Shown here piece after piece: positions 9,123 to 17,755 of a stretch of DNA of 56,652 nt. Under the pieces are notes generated by a model, which was not told the DNA's origin, did no database searches, and worked only from the letters and a program-made list of their open reading frames with translations. Origin of the DNA: Christensenella sp. UBA4247 (GTDB lineage Bacteria > Bacillota > Clostridia > Christensenellales > CAG-1252); assembly GCA_002395405.1 (NCBI GenBank), contig DGWX01000022.1:4039-60690 (forward strand), written 5' to 3'. Both the position numbers and the translations under genes were made by a program. Each line of letters opens with the position of its first letter. Position 1 is the first letter of the stretch.

Positions 9123-9704
9123 TTATTCGGGATCCTCGTCCGCTTTTCGATCTTTTTCCGGATAATCGTAAAAGGCATTCGGACCGACCACGCGGGAAAA
9201 ATCCTTGATTTTCGAGGTCGCGAACAATAAGAACATACAAACCGTGACCCCGAGCGAACCTTGCACGCAGTTCGCGGGAACGCTGAGAAGAGCGACGGCG
9301 GCGCTGCCTTTCATGATCGTGGAAGCAACGAAATACCCTGCGATCATAAGGATCGCGGAGGGCAGGGAAGAAAAAGCTGCGTTTGCAAAGCGATTGAGTT
9401 TTGTTTTTTTGATAAGGAAAAACAAAACGCCGGCAAGCGCTCCTTCCGCTCCTTTGATGATAAACGTCGGAAGAACCCAATGCGCGTAGCCTCCGAGAAG
9501 ATCGGAAAGGGCGCTTCCGATCCCGCCCGAAAGAAAACCGGCGAGAGGTCCGAAGGCGATCCCCGCGAAAAGAATAACCGTATCCCCGAGGTTTGCGTAT
9601 CCTTCGGTGGCGAGCGTCGGGATCTTTACGGCGAAAGTCGCGGCCGCAACGAGGGCGGTCAGGAGCGCGTACACGGCAATGGATTTTGCTGAAAAGCGTT
9701 TCAT
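9123..9704 (-). CDS. ribU: ECF-transporter S component, riboflavin-type (RibU-like)
   Basis: ORF 9123..9755. Start set at MKRFSAKS (9704) behind a GGAGA RBS. Polytopic S-component-like sequence (GDTVILFAGIAFGPLAGFLSGGIGSALSDLLGG). Sits directly downstream of an FMN riboswitch. Confidence 0.75.
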   Translation of the reverse strand: MKRFSAKSIAVYALLTALVAAATFAVKIPTLATEGYANLGDTVILFAGIAFGPLAGFLSGGIGSALSDLLGGYAHWVLPTFIIKGAEGALAGVLFFLIKKTKLNRFANAAFSSLPSAILMIAGYFVASTIMKGSAAVALLSVPANCVQGSLGVTVCMFLLFATSKIKDFSRVVGPNAFYDYPEKDRKADEDPE

Positions 9705-9721
9705 TTTTTTTCTCCTCGGGG

Positions 9722-9760
9722 GAAAATAAAAACCCCCTTGCTTTCTCTTAGGCAAAGGGG
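9722..9760 (-). terminator. riboswitch expression-platform terminator
   Basis: On the minus strand: CCCCTTTGC, loop, GCAAGGGGG, followed by TTTTTATTTT. Lies between the FMN aptamer and the ribU RBS. Confidence 0.7.
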
Positions 9761-9790
9761 ATGAAAAAAATACGCAAAAAGACGGCGCAT

Positions 9791-9913
9791 TTCTTTCCCA
9801 TTCAGACTTTACTGGCGGTTGCGGGATCTCACCGCATCGGCTGTTGGGGCTGTTGGACTCGTCTGCTCTATCGCAGCATTACCACCGGTCGGATCATTTA
9901 CCTGCCCAAAGAA
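9791..9913 (-). promoter_or_regulatory. FMN riboswitch (RFN element) aptamer
   Basis: The minus strand reads UUCUUUGGGCAGGUAAAUGAUCCGACCGGUGGUAAUGCUGCGA...GCGGUGAGAUCCCGCAACCGCCAGUAAAGUCUGAAUGGGAAAGAA. This matches the conserved RFN blocks GGGCAGG..CCGACCGGCGGUA and ACCGACAGU-AAGUCUGGAUGGGAGAA, with P1 formed by UUCUUU/AAAGAA. Confidence 0.85.
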
Positions 9914-9954
9914 AAACGTGATTGATTTACTAATCTTTCGAATAGGTTAGTAGA

Positions 9955-9983
9955 ATCATAACACCGATCGCATAAGCTGTCAA
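9955..9983 (-). promoter_or_regulatory. promoter of the FMN riboswitch-ribU unit
   Basis: Minus strand: TTGACA (9983-9978), 17 nt spacer, TATGAT (9960-9955). Confidence 0.6.
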
Positions 9984-10141
9984 CGATTTTTTTATTTTTT
10001 TCGAAAGCGAGATTTTCATTCGTATGAAAAAGGAAAGCAAAAACAAACTATTTTTATGAAAGAACTCGTTTTCTATCTATTCAAAGGTTTGTTGTTTTTT
10101 CTCGCATTCGCAGGGGCTTTGATAACCGCGATGATCGTTTT

Positions 10142-10172
10142 ATAAAAAAAGCGGCGCCGATAAAAGCGCCGC
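10142..10172 (-). terminator. intrinsic terminator of lipoprotein gene 10191..10895
   Basis: Perfect 7-bp stem GCGGCGC/GCGCCGC. On the minus strand it is followed by TTTTTTTATA. Confidence 0.7.
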
Positions 10173-10190
10173 CCGAAAAAGGATTTCGTA

Positions 10191-10895
10191 TTAAACTTTT
10201 TTGCTGATCACTTCTCCCGTAACGGGATCCAAGAGGAGCGCCCAATATTCCGCGGGGGATTTGATAAAGGAGACGTAGTAATAGTAAGGAGCGTCGCCTT
10301 CCGCCATCGCGTTTACGAGTTTGATATAGATCTCGCGCGGCAGGGCACCCGTATCGCTTTCTTCTTCGATCGCCTCTTTAAGCTCCGCTTCCGCAACCTT
10401 CAGGATCGCTTTCCAATCCATAGCGCCTTCCAGTTTGTTCGTAAGGGGAACGACGCTTTCCATTATATCTTTCGCCACGATTTTGACTTCCGTGATCTTT
10501 CCGATCCCGTCCGCTCCTTCCACTTCCGCCGTAAAGGTGGCGCCGATGACGTCTTTTATAAGATCGCCCGTTTTTTCGCCCGATTCTCCCGTGAGGACGT
10601 AGGAATACGTGTTGTTAAAAAGCGAAGAAGTCAAGGGGGTAACGGTCAGCGTCGCGAAGCGCGTCAGCTCGCCGACTTTCCCGTCCACTACGATGAGCTT
10701 TTCCGCTTCGCCCGTCGCAAAATGAACGTTGAAATCTTCGTTTGCACCGACGTACACCGCGTCGTGATAAGTGCTGACGAGTTTTTCAAGCCCTTGTTTT
10801 TTCGGCGTCGCATTCTTTTTTCCGCAAGAAGCGAAGGCGAAAAGGAAGATTATGGTTAAAAAAGATGCGATAAAGATACAAATTTTTCTTTTCAT
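10191..10895 (-). CDS. lipoprotein, function unknown (possible PepSY-like C-terminus)
   Basis: Signal peptide with lipobox FAFASCGKK. GGGAGAA RBS. The C-terminal LLLDPVTGEVISKK resembles a PepSY ending. Confidence 0.6.
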   Translation of the reverse strand: MKRKICIFIASFLTIIFLFAFASCGKKNATPKKQGLEKLVSTYHDAVYVGANEDFNVHFATGEAEKLIVVDGKVGELTRFATLTVTPLTSSLFNNTYSYVLTGESGEKTGDLIKDVIGATFTAEVEGADGIGKITEVKIVAKDIMESVVPLTNKLEGAMDWKAILKVAEAELKEAIEEESDTGALPREIYIKLVNAMAEGDAPYYYYVSFIKSPAEYWALLLDPVTGEVISKKV

Positions 10896-10966
10896 ATATT
10901 TCTCCCGTTTTGAAAGTAGTATAGCTTATGCTCTCTCTTTTCCCTTTATGCGCTTTCATATTTGAC

Positions 10967-10995
10967 TTGATAAATAAGGAAAGAAATACTATAAT
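10967..10995 (+). promoter_or_regulatory. promoter placing hflX ATG at the predicted +1 (leaderless)
   Basis: TTGATA (10967-10972), 17 nt spacer, TATAAT (10990-10995), 6 nt, ATG at 11002. No SD is possible in that space. Confidence 0.5.
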
Positions 10996-11001
10996 AAAAG
11001 T

Positions 11002-12591
11002 ATGATTTACGGAAACGTGTCAGGCGTAAAACGCGCGCTCCTTTGGAGCTTGGAAAAGCATATCGGATTTACGGATAAGACTTCCTTCGTCAGCGAGGAA
11101 ACTCTTTCTTTGATCGCCGATTTTACGAAAAGCACGGGGCGGGAGATATCCGTTTATATTTCTCGCTCGGGAAGGGTCGAAGCGATCGCGATCGGAAGCA
11201 GCATCCAAGTGGAAGTTTTGCCGCTCGGCAAGCGCAGAGGGGAAAACTCTCTTTCCAAGATCCGCGTGATCCACACCCATCCGAACGGCGTTTCCCGCCT
11301 ATCCGCTGCGGATCTTTCCGCACTCAAAGAGATGAAATTCGATTGCGTGGCGGCGGTGGGCGTATCGAATCAAGGCGCGAAAAAGATGCAGGTCGCCTAT
11401 CTCGGGCGAACGGGCGTAACGATAGCGGATTGCGATCTTTCTTCGCTCGATCACGCTTCCTTGCTCTCCCGAATCGTCGAATCCGATCGAGTGGGAAAAA
11501 AAGAATCGAGCGTGGAAACGGATCGGAACAACAACCGTTGTCTTCTCGTCGGTATGGGGGATGAGGAATCACTATACGAATTGAAGAGGCTTGCCGAAAC
11601 CGCGAATTATGACCCTGTCGGTTCGGTCAGTCAAAAACGAAGCGCGGCGGATTCCGTATTTTTCGTCGGAAGCGGGAAGATAGACGAGATCGCGATGGAA
11701 GCGCAGGTCAAAGGAGCTGCGATCGTGATTTTCGACGCACCCTTGAACGCCGTTCAGCACGCCGCTATTTCCGAGCGGCTGAATAAAAAGGTCATCGATC
11801 GAGGGACTTTGATCCTCGAAATTTTCGAAAAGCACGCGACGAGCGCCGAAGGCAGGTTGCAAGTGGAACTCGCGCGACTGAAATACGCGCTTCCGCTCCT
11901 TGTCGGGCAAGGGGAAGCGATGAGCCGTCAGCGCGGTGGGCTTTACGCGATGGGAGGTTCGGGCGAAACCAAGCTCGAAATTGATCGGAGGCATATCCGT
12001 CGGCGCATTTCGGAACTCTCCGAAAAACTCAAAACCCTCGAAGAGGGTAGAGATATCCGCCGCAAAAGAAGAAAGCAGACCGGTGTAAAAAGCGTAACGA
12101 TCTTGGGATATACGAACGCCGGGAAAAGCACTTTGATGAACGCGATCGCTCGCTCGTCCGTCCTTGCGGAGAACAAGCTTTTCGCAACGCTTGACAGCGT
12201 CAGCCGCAGCGTTTGGACGGAGCGGGGCAGTTTCGTTTTGACGGATACGGTCGGATTTATCCGCTCGTTGCCGCATACGTTCGTGGAAGCGTTTAAGTCC
12301 ACTTTGGACGAAGTCCGTTTCGCCGATCTTCTCGTTCACGTCGTGGACGCGTCTTCTCCCGAAATGCAAGAGCAGATCGAAACGGTAAACGAGGTCGTTC
12401 GAGAGATCGGGGCGGAAAGTGTTCCGATGATTACGGTGTATAACAAAGCGGATAAGGCGGCAAAAGAAGACGGAAAAACGTATATCAGCGCAAAATTCGG
12501 CGACGGTGTGGACGCGCTGAAAAGCGCGATCACCGAACGGCTGTTCGGAAAAGAGGTGAAAGATGAAAATCGCGATCAAGAAGACAAATGA
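11002..12591 (+). CDS. hflX: GTPase HflX with about 175 aa N-terminal JAB/RadC-like extension
   Basis: HflX-N domain (LLVGMG..FVGSGKIDEI..VIDRGTLILEIFEKHATSAEGRLQVELARLKY). G-domain GYTNAGKSTLMN, DTVGF, NKAD. The N-terminal region carries HTHPNGVSRLSAAD. Confidence 0.9.
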   Translation: MIYGNVSGVKRALLWSLEKHIGFTDKTSFVSEETLSLIADFTKSTGREISVYISRSGRVEAIAIGSSIQVEVLPLGKRRGENSLSKIRVIHTHPNGVSRLSAADLSALKEMKFDCVAAVGVSNQGAKKMQVAYLGRTGVTIADCDLSSLDHASLLSRIVESDRVGKKESSVETDRNNNRCLLVGMGDEESLYELKRLAETANYDPVGSVSQKRSAADSVFFVGSGKIDEIAMEAQVKGAAIVIFDAPLNAVQHAAISERLNKKVIDRGTLILEIFEKHATSAEGRLQVELARLKYALPLLVGQGEAMSRQRGGLYAMGGSGETKLEIDRRHIRRRISELSEKLKTLEEGRDIRRKRRKQTGVKSVTILGYTNAGKSTLMNAIARSSVLAENKLFATLDSVSRSVWTERGSFVLTDTVGFIRSLPHTFVEAFKSTLDEVRFADLLVHVVDASSPEMQEQIETVNEVVREIGAESVPMITVYNKADKAAKEDGKTYISAKFGDGVDALKSAITERLFGKEVKDENRDQEDK

Positions 12592-13000
12592 TAACGCGCG
12601 CGTTCCGACTTACGGTTCCGCGGGCGCCGCGGGCGCCGATCTTTACGCGTGTTTAAGCGAAAAGGAGATCCGGATCGGAAAGGGAGAAACCGTTCTTATT
12701 CATACGGGGATCCGAATGGAGATCCCGGAAGGATACGTAGGGCTCGTATATGCGCGTAGCGGGTTGGCAACGAAGAAAGGGCTTGCTCCCGCGAATAAAG
12801 TCGGCGTTATCGATTCGGATTATCGGGGCGAGATCATGGTCTCTTTGTATAACCAATCGGACAAAGAGCAAACGATCGAGAACGGAGAGCGCGTTGCGCA
12901 AATCGTCATCGCGCCCTATTTGAAAGCCGATTTTTTCGAGTCGAACGATCTTGGCGAAACGGAAAGAGGAGAAGGCGGCTTCGGATCCACGGGGCGATAA
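12563..13000 (+). CDS. dut: dUTP diphosphatase
   Basis: GSAGAAGADLYA, GVIDSDYRGEI and C-terminal GFGSTG motifs. GAGGTG RBS. Overlaps hflX by 29 nt. Confidence 0.9.
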   Translation: MKIAIKKTNDNARVPTYGSAGAAGADLYACLSEKEIRIGKGETVLIHTGIRMEIPEGYVGLVYARSGLATKKGLAPANKVGVIDSDYRGEIMVSLYNQSDKEQTIENGERVAQIVIAPYLKADFFESNDLGETERGEGGFGSTGR

Positions 13001-13025
13001 AAAAGCAGAAAAAAAAGAACGGCGA

Positions 13026-13553
13026 TCAGCCGTCCAGAAGATTGTCGCATAACGCGCCGTACACGGCGCCTGCGCGACTTTGCCAATTTTTATGGATAAA
13101 CGCGGCGTTTTCGCGGCTTTCCACAACCATTTTCAGTTCTACGAGCGGAAGTTCGCTCCCCATTTTCAGAATTTTCAAAAGGACGGTGTAAGTGCCGTCT
13201 TTATTTTTGAAATAGTCGCTGACGTATTCTTGGCGGCGGCGATAATCCATTCTGTGCGATTTGATGAACTGGTTGATCTCTTCTCGGAGAGAGATGGGAA
13301 TGCGGGTGTAAAAGTTCGCAAGACACATTCTTCCGTCCGGCGTAATGTTATAGATCGTTTTGTTTTGAACGACCCTCTTATGCAAAAAACCGACTTCGTC
13401 TAAATCGCAGATCGCGTCCTTACAGTCCATATAGTTCATCCAGGCGTGATCGGACGTGCAAAGATCGGTAAGATTGTCCTCTTCGAGAGGAACTTCCATC
13501 TTGTCCATCACGTACAGCAATATGAGCTTGATAAGGGTGGAATCGCTTGCCAT
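13026..13553 (-). CDS. DUF4364-like protein
   Basis: The N-terminal pattern LIKLILLYVMDKMEVPL..NYMDCKDAICDLDEVGFL resembles the clostridial DUF4364 family. Recognition is from memory only. Confidence 0.5.
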   Translation of the reverse strand: MASDSTLIKLILLYVMDKMEVPLEEDNLTDLCTSDHAWMNYMDCKDAICDLDEVGFLHKRVVQNKTIYNITPDGRMCLANFYTRIPISLREEINQFIKSHRMDYRRRQEYVSDYFKNKDGTYTVLLKILKMGSELPLVELKMVVESRENAAFIHKNWQSRAGAVYGALCDNLLDG

Positions 13554-13565
13554 AAAAACCTATTT

Positions 13566-14306
13566 TCAAAGGAGCGCGTAAAGCGCGAGAAATTCCGTCA
13601 GGTCGGAGAACTTGCGCTCCGCCTTTTTGTTGCCGGAAAGGGCGATCTTCAGCCCCGTCCAAACCGCTTTGACAAGGCGCGGATCTCCTTTTTCGAGCGC
13701 GTAATAAACGCCGTCCGAAAGAATCAAAAGATCTTCCCGTTTTTTGGAAGAGATTTTGTTGTCGCCTTGGAAAACCGTCCGAAGCGACATTAAAATTGCG
13801 GCGGCCTGTTCGAGAACGCCGTCCGTAATCGCCGCGACTTTATCTTGCTCCAACGCGCCTTCCGCCGAGTCGATATCGTATAAAAAGGATTGACGAAAAG
13901 CGGCGTGATAGGGAAGAAGGACGCTGTCGCAAAACATTTTGTATTTGGCGTTGTTGTCGCTTGCCGGGTAAAATTCCCGAAGAAAGCCGGTGAAGCTCCT
14001 TTCTCCTTTGTCGAAGTCGGAGAGGAGCCCGGTCACCAGCGCAATGATCCTTTTGTTGCTTTTGGGAAGGGTGAACAAATAACCCGTGTCGGTTTCGGTG
14101 ACGGCTTTTTTAAGCTCGTCCTCGTAATCCACTCCCTTTACGCATTCGGAAACGAACGCGCGCAGTTTATCGCTGAAAACCAAACAACGTAAGAGGTCGG
14201 TTATCGGCTTTTGCGTAATAATGAAATTACTGCCGATCAGAGCCTTTAAGGCTTCGTCGAAAAGGCGAAACGCGTCCTCTTTCGTGTTGATTTTAACTCC
14301 GGGCAT
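13566..14306 (-). CDS. hypothetical protein (246 aa)
   Basis: Long ORF 3 nt downstream of rpsT with coding-like composition. No motif recognised. Confidence 0.5.
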   Translation of the reverse strand: MPGVKINTKEDAFRLFDEALKALIGSNFIITQKPITDLLRCLVFSDKLRAFVSECVKGVDYEDELKKAVTETDTGYLFTLPKSNKRIIALVTGLLSDFDKGERSFTGFLREFYPASDNNAKYKMFCDSVLLPYHAAFRQSFLYDIDSAEGALEQDKVAAITDGVLEQAAAILMSLRTVFQGDNKISSKKREDLLILSDGVYYALEKGDPRLVKAVWTGLKIALSGNKKAERKFSDLTEFLALYALL

Positions 14307-14309
14307 ATA

Positions 14310-14576
14310 TTACGCCTTTATGGAGTTCAGCGACTTATTGAGAGATGCGATTTTGCGGGAAGCGGTGTTGATATGATAAACGCCGTCGCTCTTGGCTTTA
14401 TTGATAACGGAAACGGTAACGGGAAGAAGGGCTTCCGCTTTTTGGACGTCTTTCTCGGCGATAGCCGCGTTGAATTTCTTGATCGCGGTTTTGACTTCCG
14501 AACGAATGGACTTGTTGCGAAGGTACTCTTCTTTGGTGATAAGAACGCGCTTCTTTTGGGATTTGATGTTAGGCAT
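14310..14576 (-). CDS. rpsT: 30S ribosomal protein S20
   Basis: MPNIKSQKKRVLITKEEYLRNKSIRSEVKTAIKKF. AAGGAGA RBS. Confidence 0.95.
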   Translation of the reverse strand: MPNIKSQKKRVLITKEEYLRNKSIRSEVKTAIKKFNAAIAEKDVQKAEALLPVTVSVINKAKSDGVYHINTASRKIASLNKSLNSIKA

Positions 14577-14701
14577 TTTTTCTCCTTTCGGCGCACGCGG
14601 CGCCTCTTATTTATTGATAACGTAATATGTATTTTAGCATAGCGGCGGCGGCGTTTGCAATCGTTTTTAATAATATTTTATATTTCACGCAGTCTAATTT
14701 T

Positions 14702-15460
14702 ATGGAATTCTTCGAAGAACTTGCGCTTGAAAGCGCGGAAAGCCTCCGCCTCAGCGGAGCGGAAAAAGAAAAGAGAGTCGGGAAGCGCGTTCTTCTTCGC
14801 GCTTTTTCGGCGGAGGAAAACTTCGGCGAAAAAGGAAAAGAGCGGGAAAAGGGGGTTTATCATACCCTTCTCCTTAAAGGGAATATTCTCGAAAAATCCG
14901 AACTTTCGGAAGAAGTTTCTCAATGTGCGGCTCTTTCGATCAAGACGCTTTTGAAAGGAAAAGCCTCTCCGAAAAGGATCCTCGCCGTAGGACTTGGGAA
15001 TCCTCTTACGGTCGTGGATTCGCTCGGGAGCGAAACGATCAAAAAACTCGGCGCAAGGAAAAACGGAAAGGTGGAAATTCTTTCCTTGACCCCTTCCGTG
15101 TTCGGACTGACGGGGATCGAGAGCGCGGAAGTCGTTCGCGGGGTAAAAGGCGAAACCAACCCCGATCTCGTTCTCGCGGTAGATACGCTCGCCACGAGAA
15201 GGTCGGAGCGGCTTTGCCGCGCGCTGCAATTGACGAACGCGGGGATCGCCCCCGGAGGCGGCGTCGGAAACAGAAGGGAAGTTTTATCCGAAAATACGAT
15301 CGGAGTTCCCGTTCTATCCATCGGAGTTCCTTTGCTGTGTCACGCCGAACTCTGTTCCTCGCTGCCTTCTTCTCTCGTCGTCACTCCGAAAGAAATCGAT
15401 CTGATCGTTCCGCTCTTTGCGGAAGCGTTATCGCGCGCGATCGAACGGGCGTTTTTATAA
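14702..15460 (+). CDS. gpr: GPR-type germination (spore) protease, peptidase A25, short form
   Basis: VGLGNPLTVVDSLGS and AVDTLATRRSERL..LTNAGIAPGGGVGNRREVLSENTIGVPVLSIGVP match GPR blocks. Divergent from rpsT, as in many Firmicutes. Start set at MEFFEEL. Confidence 0.7.
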   Translation: MEFFEELALESAESLRLSGAEKEKRVGKRVLLRAFSAEENFGEKGKEREKGVYHTLLLKGNILEKSELSEEVSQCAALSIKTLLKGKASPKRILAVGLGNPLTVVDSLGSETIKKLGARKNGKVEILSLTPSVFGLTGIESAEVVRGVKGETNPDLVLAVDTLATRRSERLCRALQLTNAGIAPGGGVGNRREVLSENTIGVPVLSIGVPLLCHAELCSSLPSSLVVTPKEIDLIVPLFAEALSRAIERAFL

Positions 15461-16147
15461 AAGAGAGGAGAGGATCGAGGCGTAACGGTATTTTTCGTTA
15501 GCGCCGCTGAAAATAAACTCGACGTTTTGACTTTTTACTTTCTCTTCGGGTAAAACCGCGTGGATCAGATCGGCGAGCGGAGCCGTTCCGTCCGTGATCT
15601 TCGCGTTCGGGATCGCCTTTTTTACGACCGATTTCGCAAAGGCGTAATGCGAACACCCGAGATACACGGTTTTCGCGTCCGCGTAGGGCGTTAAGAAGGG
15701 GGAGAGATAGCGCTCGATCGGCTCCGAGGAAGGGTAGTGTCGGTCGATCAAAGAGGCGAGGAGCGGAGGGGTCAGAAGAGAGATCTCCGTCCCGAGGCGC
15801 GGAAGATAGAGAGCGGTCGTAGGCGTGGTCATCAAAAGGGTTTTGCCCATAGAAAGTTCGGGGCGAGGCAGTAGCCCGAATACAGGGCCCGAAAAACTCT
15901 TTCTGACCGCGTCCAGCGCGCAGACCGAGAGCGTGTTGCAGCCGAAAACCACGACGTTCGCGCCTCTTTTTCTCAGAGTTTCCGCCCCCGAAAGAGCGAT
16001 CGCGCGAACTTCTTCTCTCGTCTTATCCCCGTACGGGAGATGGATCCCGTCCGAAAAGTAAATGTATTCGCTTGCGCATTTTCGCTCAATAAGCGCGGCG
16101 AGAACGTTCAGCCCGCCGATCCCGCTGTCCATAACCCCGATCGTCAT
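15455..16147 (-). CDS. murI: glutamate racemase
   Basis: MTIGVMDSGIGGLNVL, FGCNTLS and LGCSHY catalytic-Cys motifs. Confidence 0.85.
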   Translation of the reverse strand: MTIGVMDSGIGGLNVLAALIERKCASEYIYFSDGIHLPYGDKTREEVRAIALSGAETLRKRGANVVVFGCNTLSVCALDAVRKSFSGPVFGLLPRPELSMGKTLLMTTPTTALYLPRLGTEISLLTPPLLASLIDRHYPSSEPIERYLSPFLTPYADAKTVYLGCSHYAFAKSVVKKAIPNAKITDGTAPLADLIHAVLPEEKVKSQNVEFIFSGANEKYRYASILSSLL

Positions 16148-16357
16148 ATCATTGTATATGCCGGAAAAAAACGGAAGTTGACGAAAAAACGCGCGAAATG
16201 CGGCGATACGTTTTTATTTATTTCAATCAATAAAAAAAGATTTGTGTTGTAATTTCATCTTCGTTTGGTGTATGATAGAAAAGTGTTGTGCGAATAAGAC
16301 GATCGGCGTATTACGCCGCCTCGTTCGAGCGCATAGAAAAACCGCTGAGGAAGAAAA

Positions 16358-17755
16358 ATGAAAACGGATTATTTGATTATCGGAGCCGGTCCCGCCGGCA
16401 TCTTTACCGCCCTTGAACTTTTGCGCCGCGGATCGAAAGAAAAGATCACTTTTATCGAAAAAGGCGCCGCGATCGAGAAACGCGCTTGCCCCAAAGCCAA
16501 AACGGGCAAATGCATGAATTGCAAAAATTGCGCGATCACGACCGGCTTCTCGGGCGCGGGCGCTTTCTCGGACGGCAAACTTTCCCTCTCGGCGGACGTG
16601 GGGGGCGATCTTCCCGAATTGATCGGCTTTGAGACCGTGCAAAATTTGATCGAGTACACGGATAAGATCTATCTCGATTTCGGCGCGGATAAAAAGATAG
16701 AAGGCGTGGAGCATCCGGAAGAGATCAAAGCGATCCGTAAAAAGGCGATCCAAGCGGGATTGAAACTCGTGGATTGCCCGATCCGCCATATGGGAACGGA
16801 AAAGGCTCAGCAGATCTATTACGACATCGAAAAATACCTTTTGGACGCAGGCGTGGAGATGTTCTTTAATACCGAGTGTACCGATCTTATTATCGAGAAC
16901 GAGGTATGTAAAGGCGCGCTCGTTCGTTTTAAGGACGGGATCGAAGAAGTTACCGCGAAGGAAGTTATCGTTTGTACCGGTCGCCGCGGCGCGCTTTGGC
17001 TGGAAGTGATGTGTGCCAAACACGGGATCCTGCACCAACCCGGAACGGTGGATATCGGCGTGCGCGTCGAAGTTCGAAACGAGGTTATGGAAGAGATCAA
17101 CAACGTTTTGTACGAGGCGAAATTGATCGGACACCCCAAGCCGTTTAAAAATAAAGTTCGAACCTTCTGCCAAAACCCCGGCGGCTTCGTCAGCCAAGAG
17201 AATTACGACGAAAATCTCGCCGTTGTAAACGGACATTCTTATAAAGAACTTAAATCCGAGAACACCAATCTCGCGATCCTTTGCTCGCATAACTTTACCC
17301 AACCTTTCAATCAACCGATCGAGTACGCGAAAAAGGTGGGCGAGCTGACGAATATGCTCGGAAACGGCAAAATGCTCGTTCAGCGCTACGGCGATATTTT
17401 GGACGGCAAGCGTACTTGGGCTTCCGAACTCGAACACAGCAACGTTCGCCCGACTTTAAAAGACGCGGTCGCGGGCGATATAACCGCCGCGATGCCCTAT
17501 CGCGCCATGCTTTCCATTATCAACTTTATCAAGAGCGTGGACGTCATCGTTCCGGGATTCGCTTCGGACGAAACGCTCCTTTATTCACCCGAATTGAAGT
17601 TCTATTCCAATAAGATCAAGATGGACGAGGATCTCTCCACTTCGATCCGTCATTTGCATTGCCTCGGCGACAGCACCGGCTGGACGCGCGGTTTGATGAT
17701 GGCGTCGGTCATGGGCGTCTATCTCGCGAGAAAAATAACGGAAAACAAGGAATGA
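16358..17755 (+). CDS. FAD-dependent dehydrogenase, COG2509-like
   Basis: Dinucleotide fold DYLIIGAGPAGIFTALEL. Cys cluster CPKAKTGKCMNCKNC. GFSGAGAFSDGKLS. Confidence 0.75.
   Translation: MKTDYLIIGAGPAGIFTALELLRRGSKEKITFIEKGAAIEKRACPKAKTGKCMNCKNCAITTGFSGAGAFSDGKLSLSADVGGDLPELIGFETVQNLIEYTDKIYLDFGADKKIEGVEHPEEIKAIRKKAIQAGLKLVDCPIRHMGTEKAQQIYYDIEKYLLDAGVEMFFNTECTDLIIENEVCKGALVRFKDGIEEVTAKEVIVCTGRRGALWLEVMCAKHGILHQPGTVDIGVRVEVRNEVMEEINNVLYEAKLIGHPKPFKNKVRTFCQNPGGFVSQENYDENLAVVNGHSYKELKSENTNLAILCSHNFTQPFNQPIEYAKKVGELTNMLGNGKMLVQRYGDILDGKRTWASELEHSNVRPTLKDAVAGDITAAMPYRAMLSIINFIKSVDVIVPGFASDETLLYSPELKFYSNKIKMDEDLSTSIRHLHCLGDSTGWTRGLMMASVMGVYLARKITENKE

Noticed and set aside
16223-17437. 404-aa minus-strand ORF.
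   Set aside because: It is antisense to the COG2509 FAD dehydrogenase gene. It has no RBS and no recognisable domain.
17659-17751. N-terminal extensions offered by the ORF track. Examples are glf from 17659, lysC from 28745, ribU from 9755, hprK from 55517, ppa from 20303, and the ArsR gene from 52143.
   Set aside because: In each case an internal start coincides with the conserved protein N-terminus and with an RBS or promoter. The extension overlaps an upstream gene, a terminator, or a divergent RBS.
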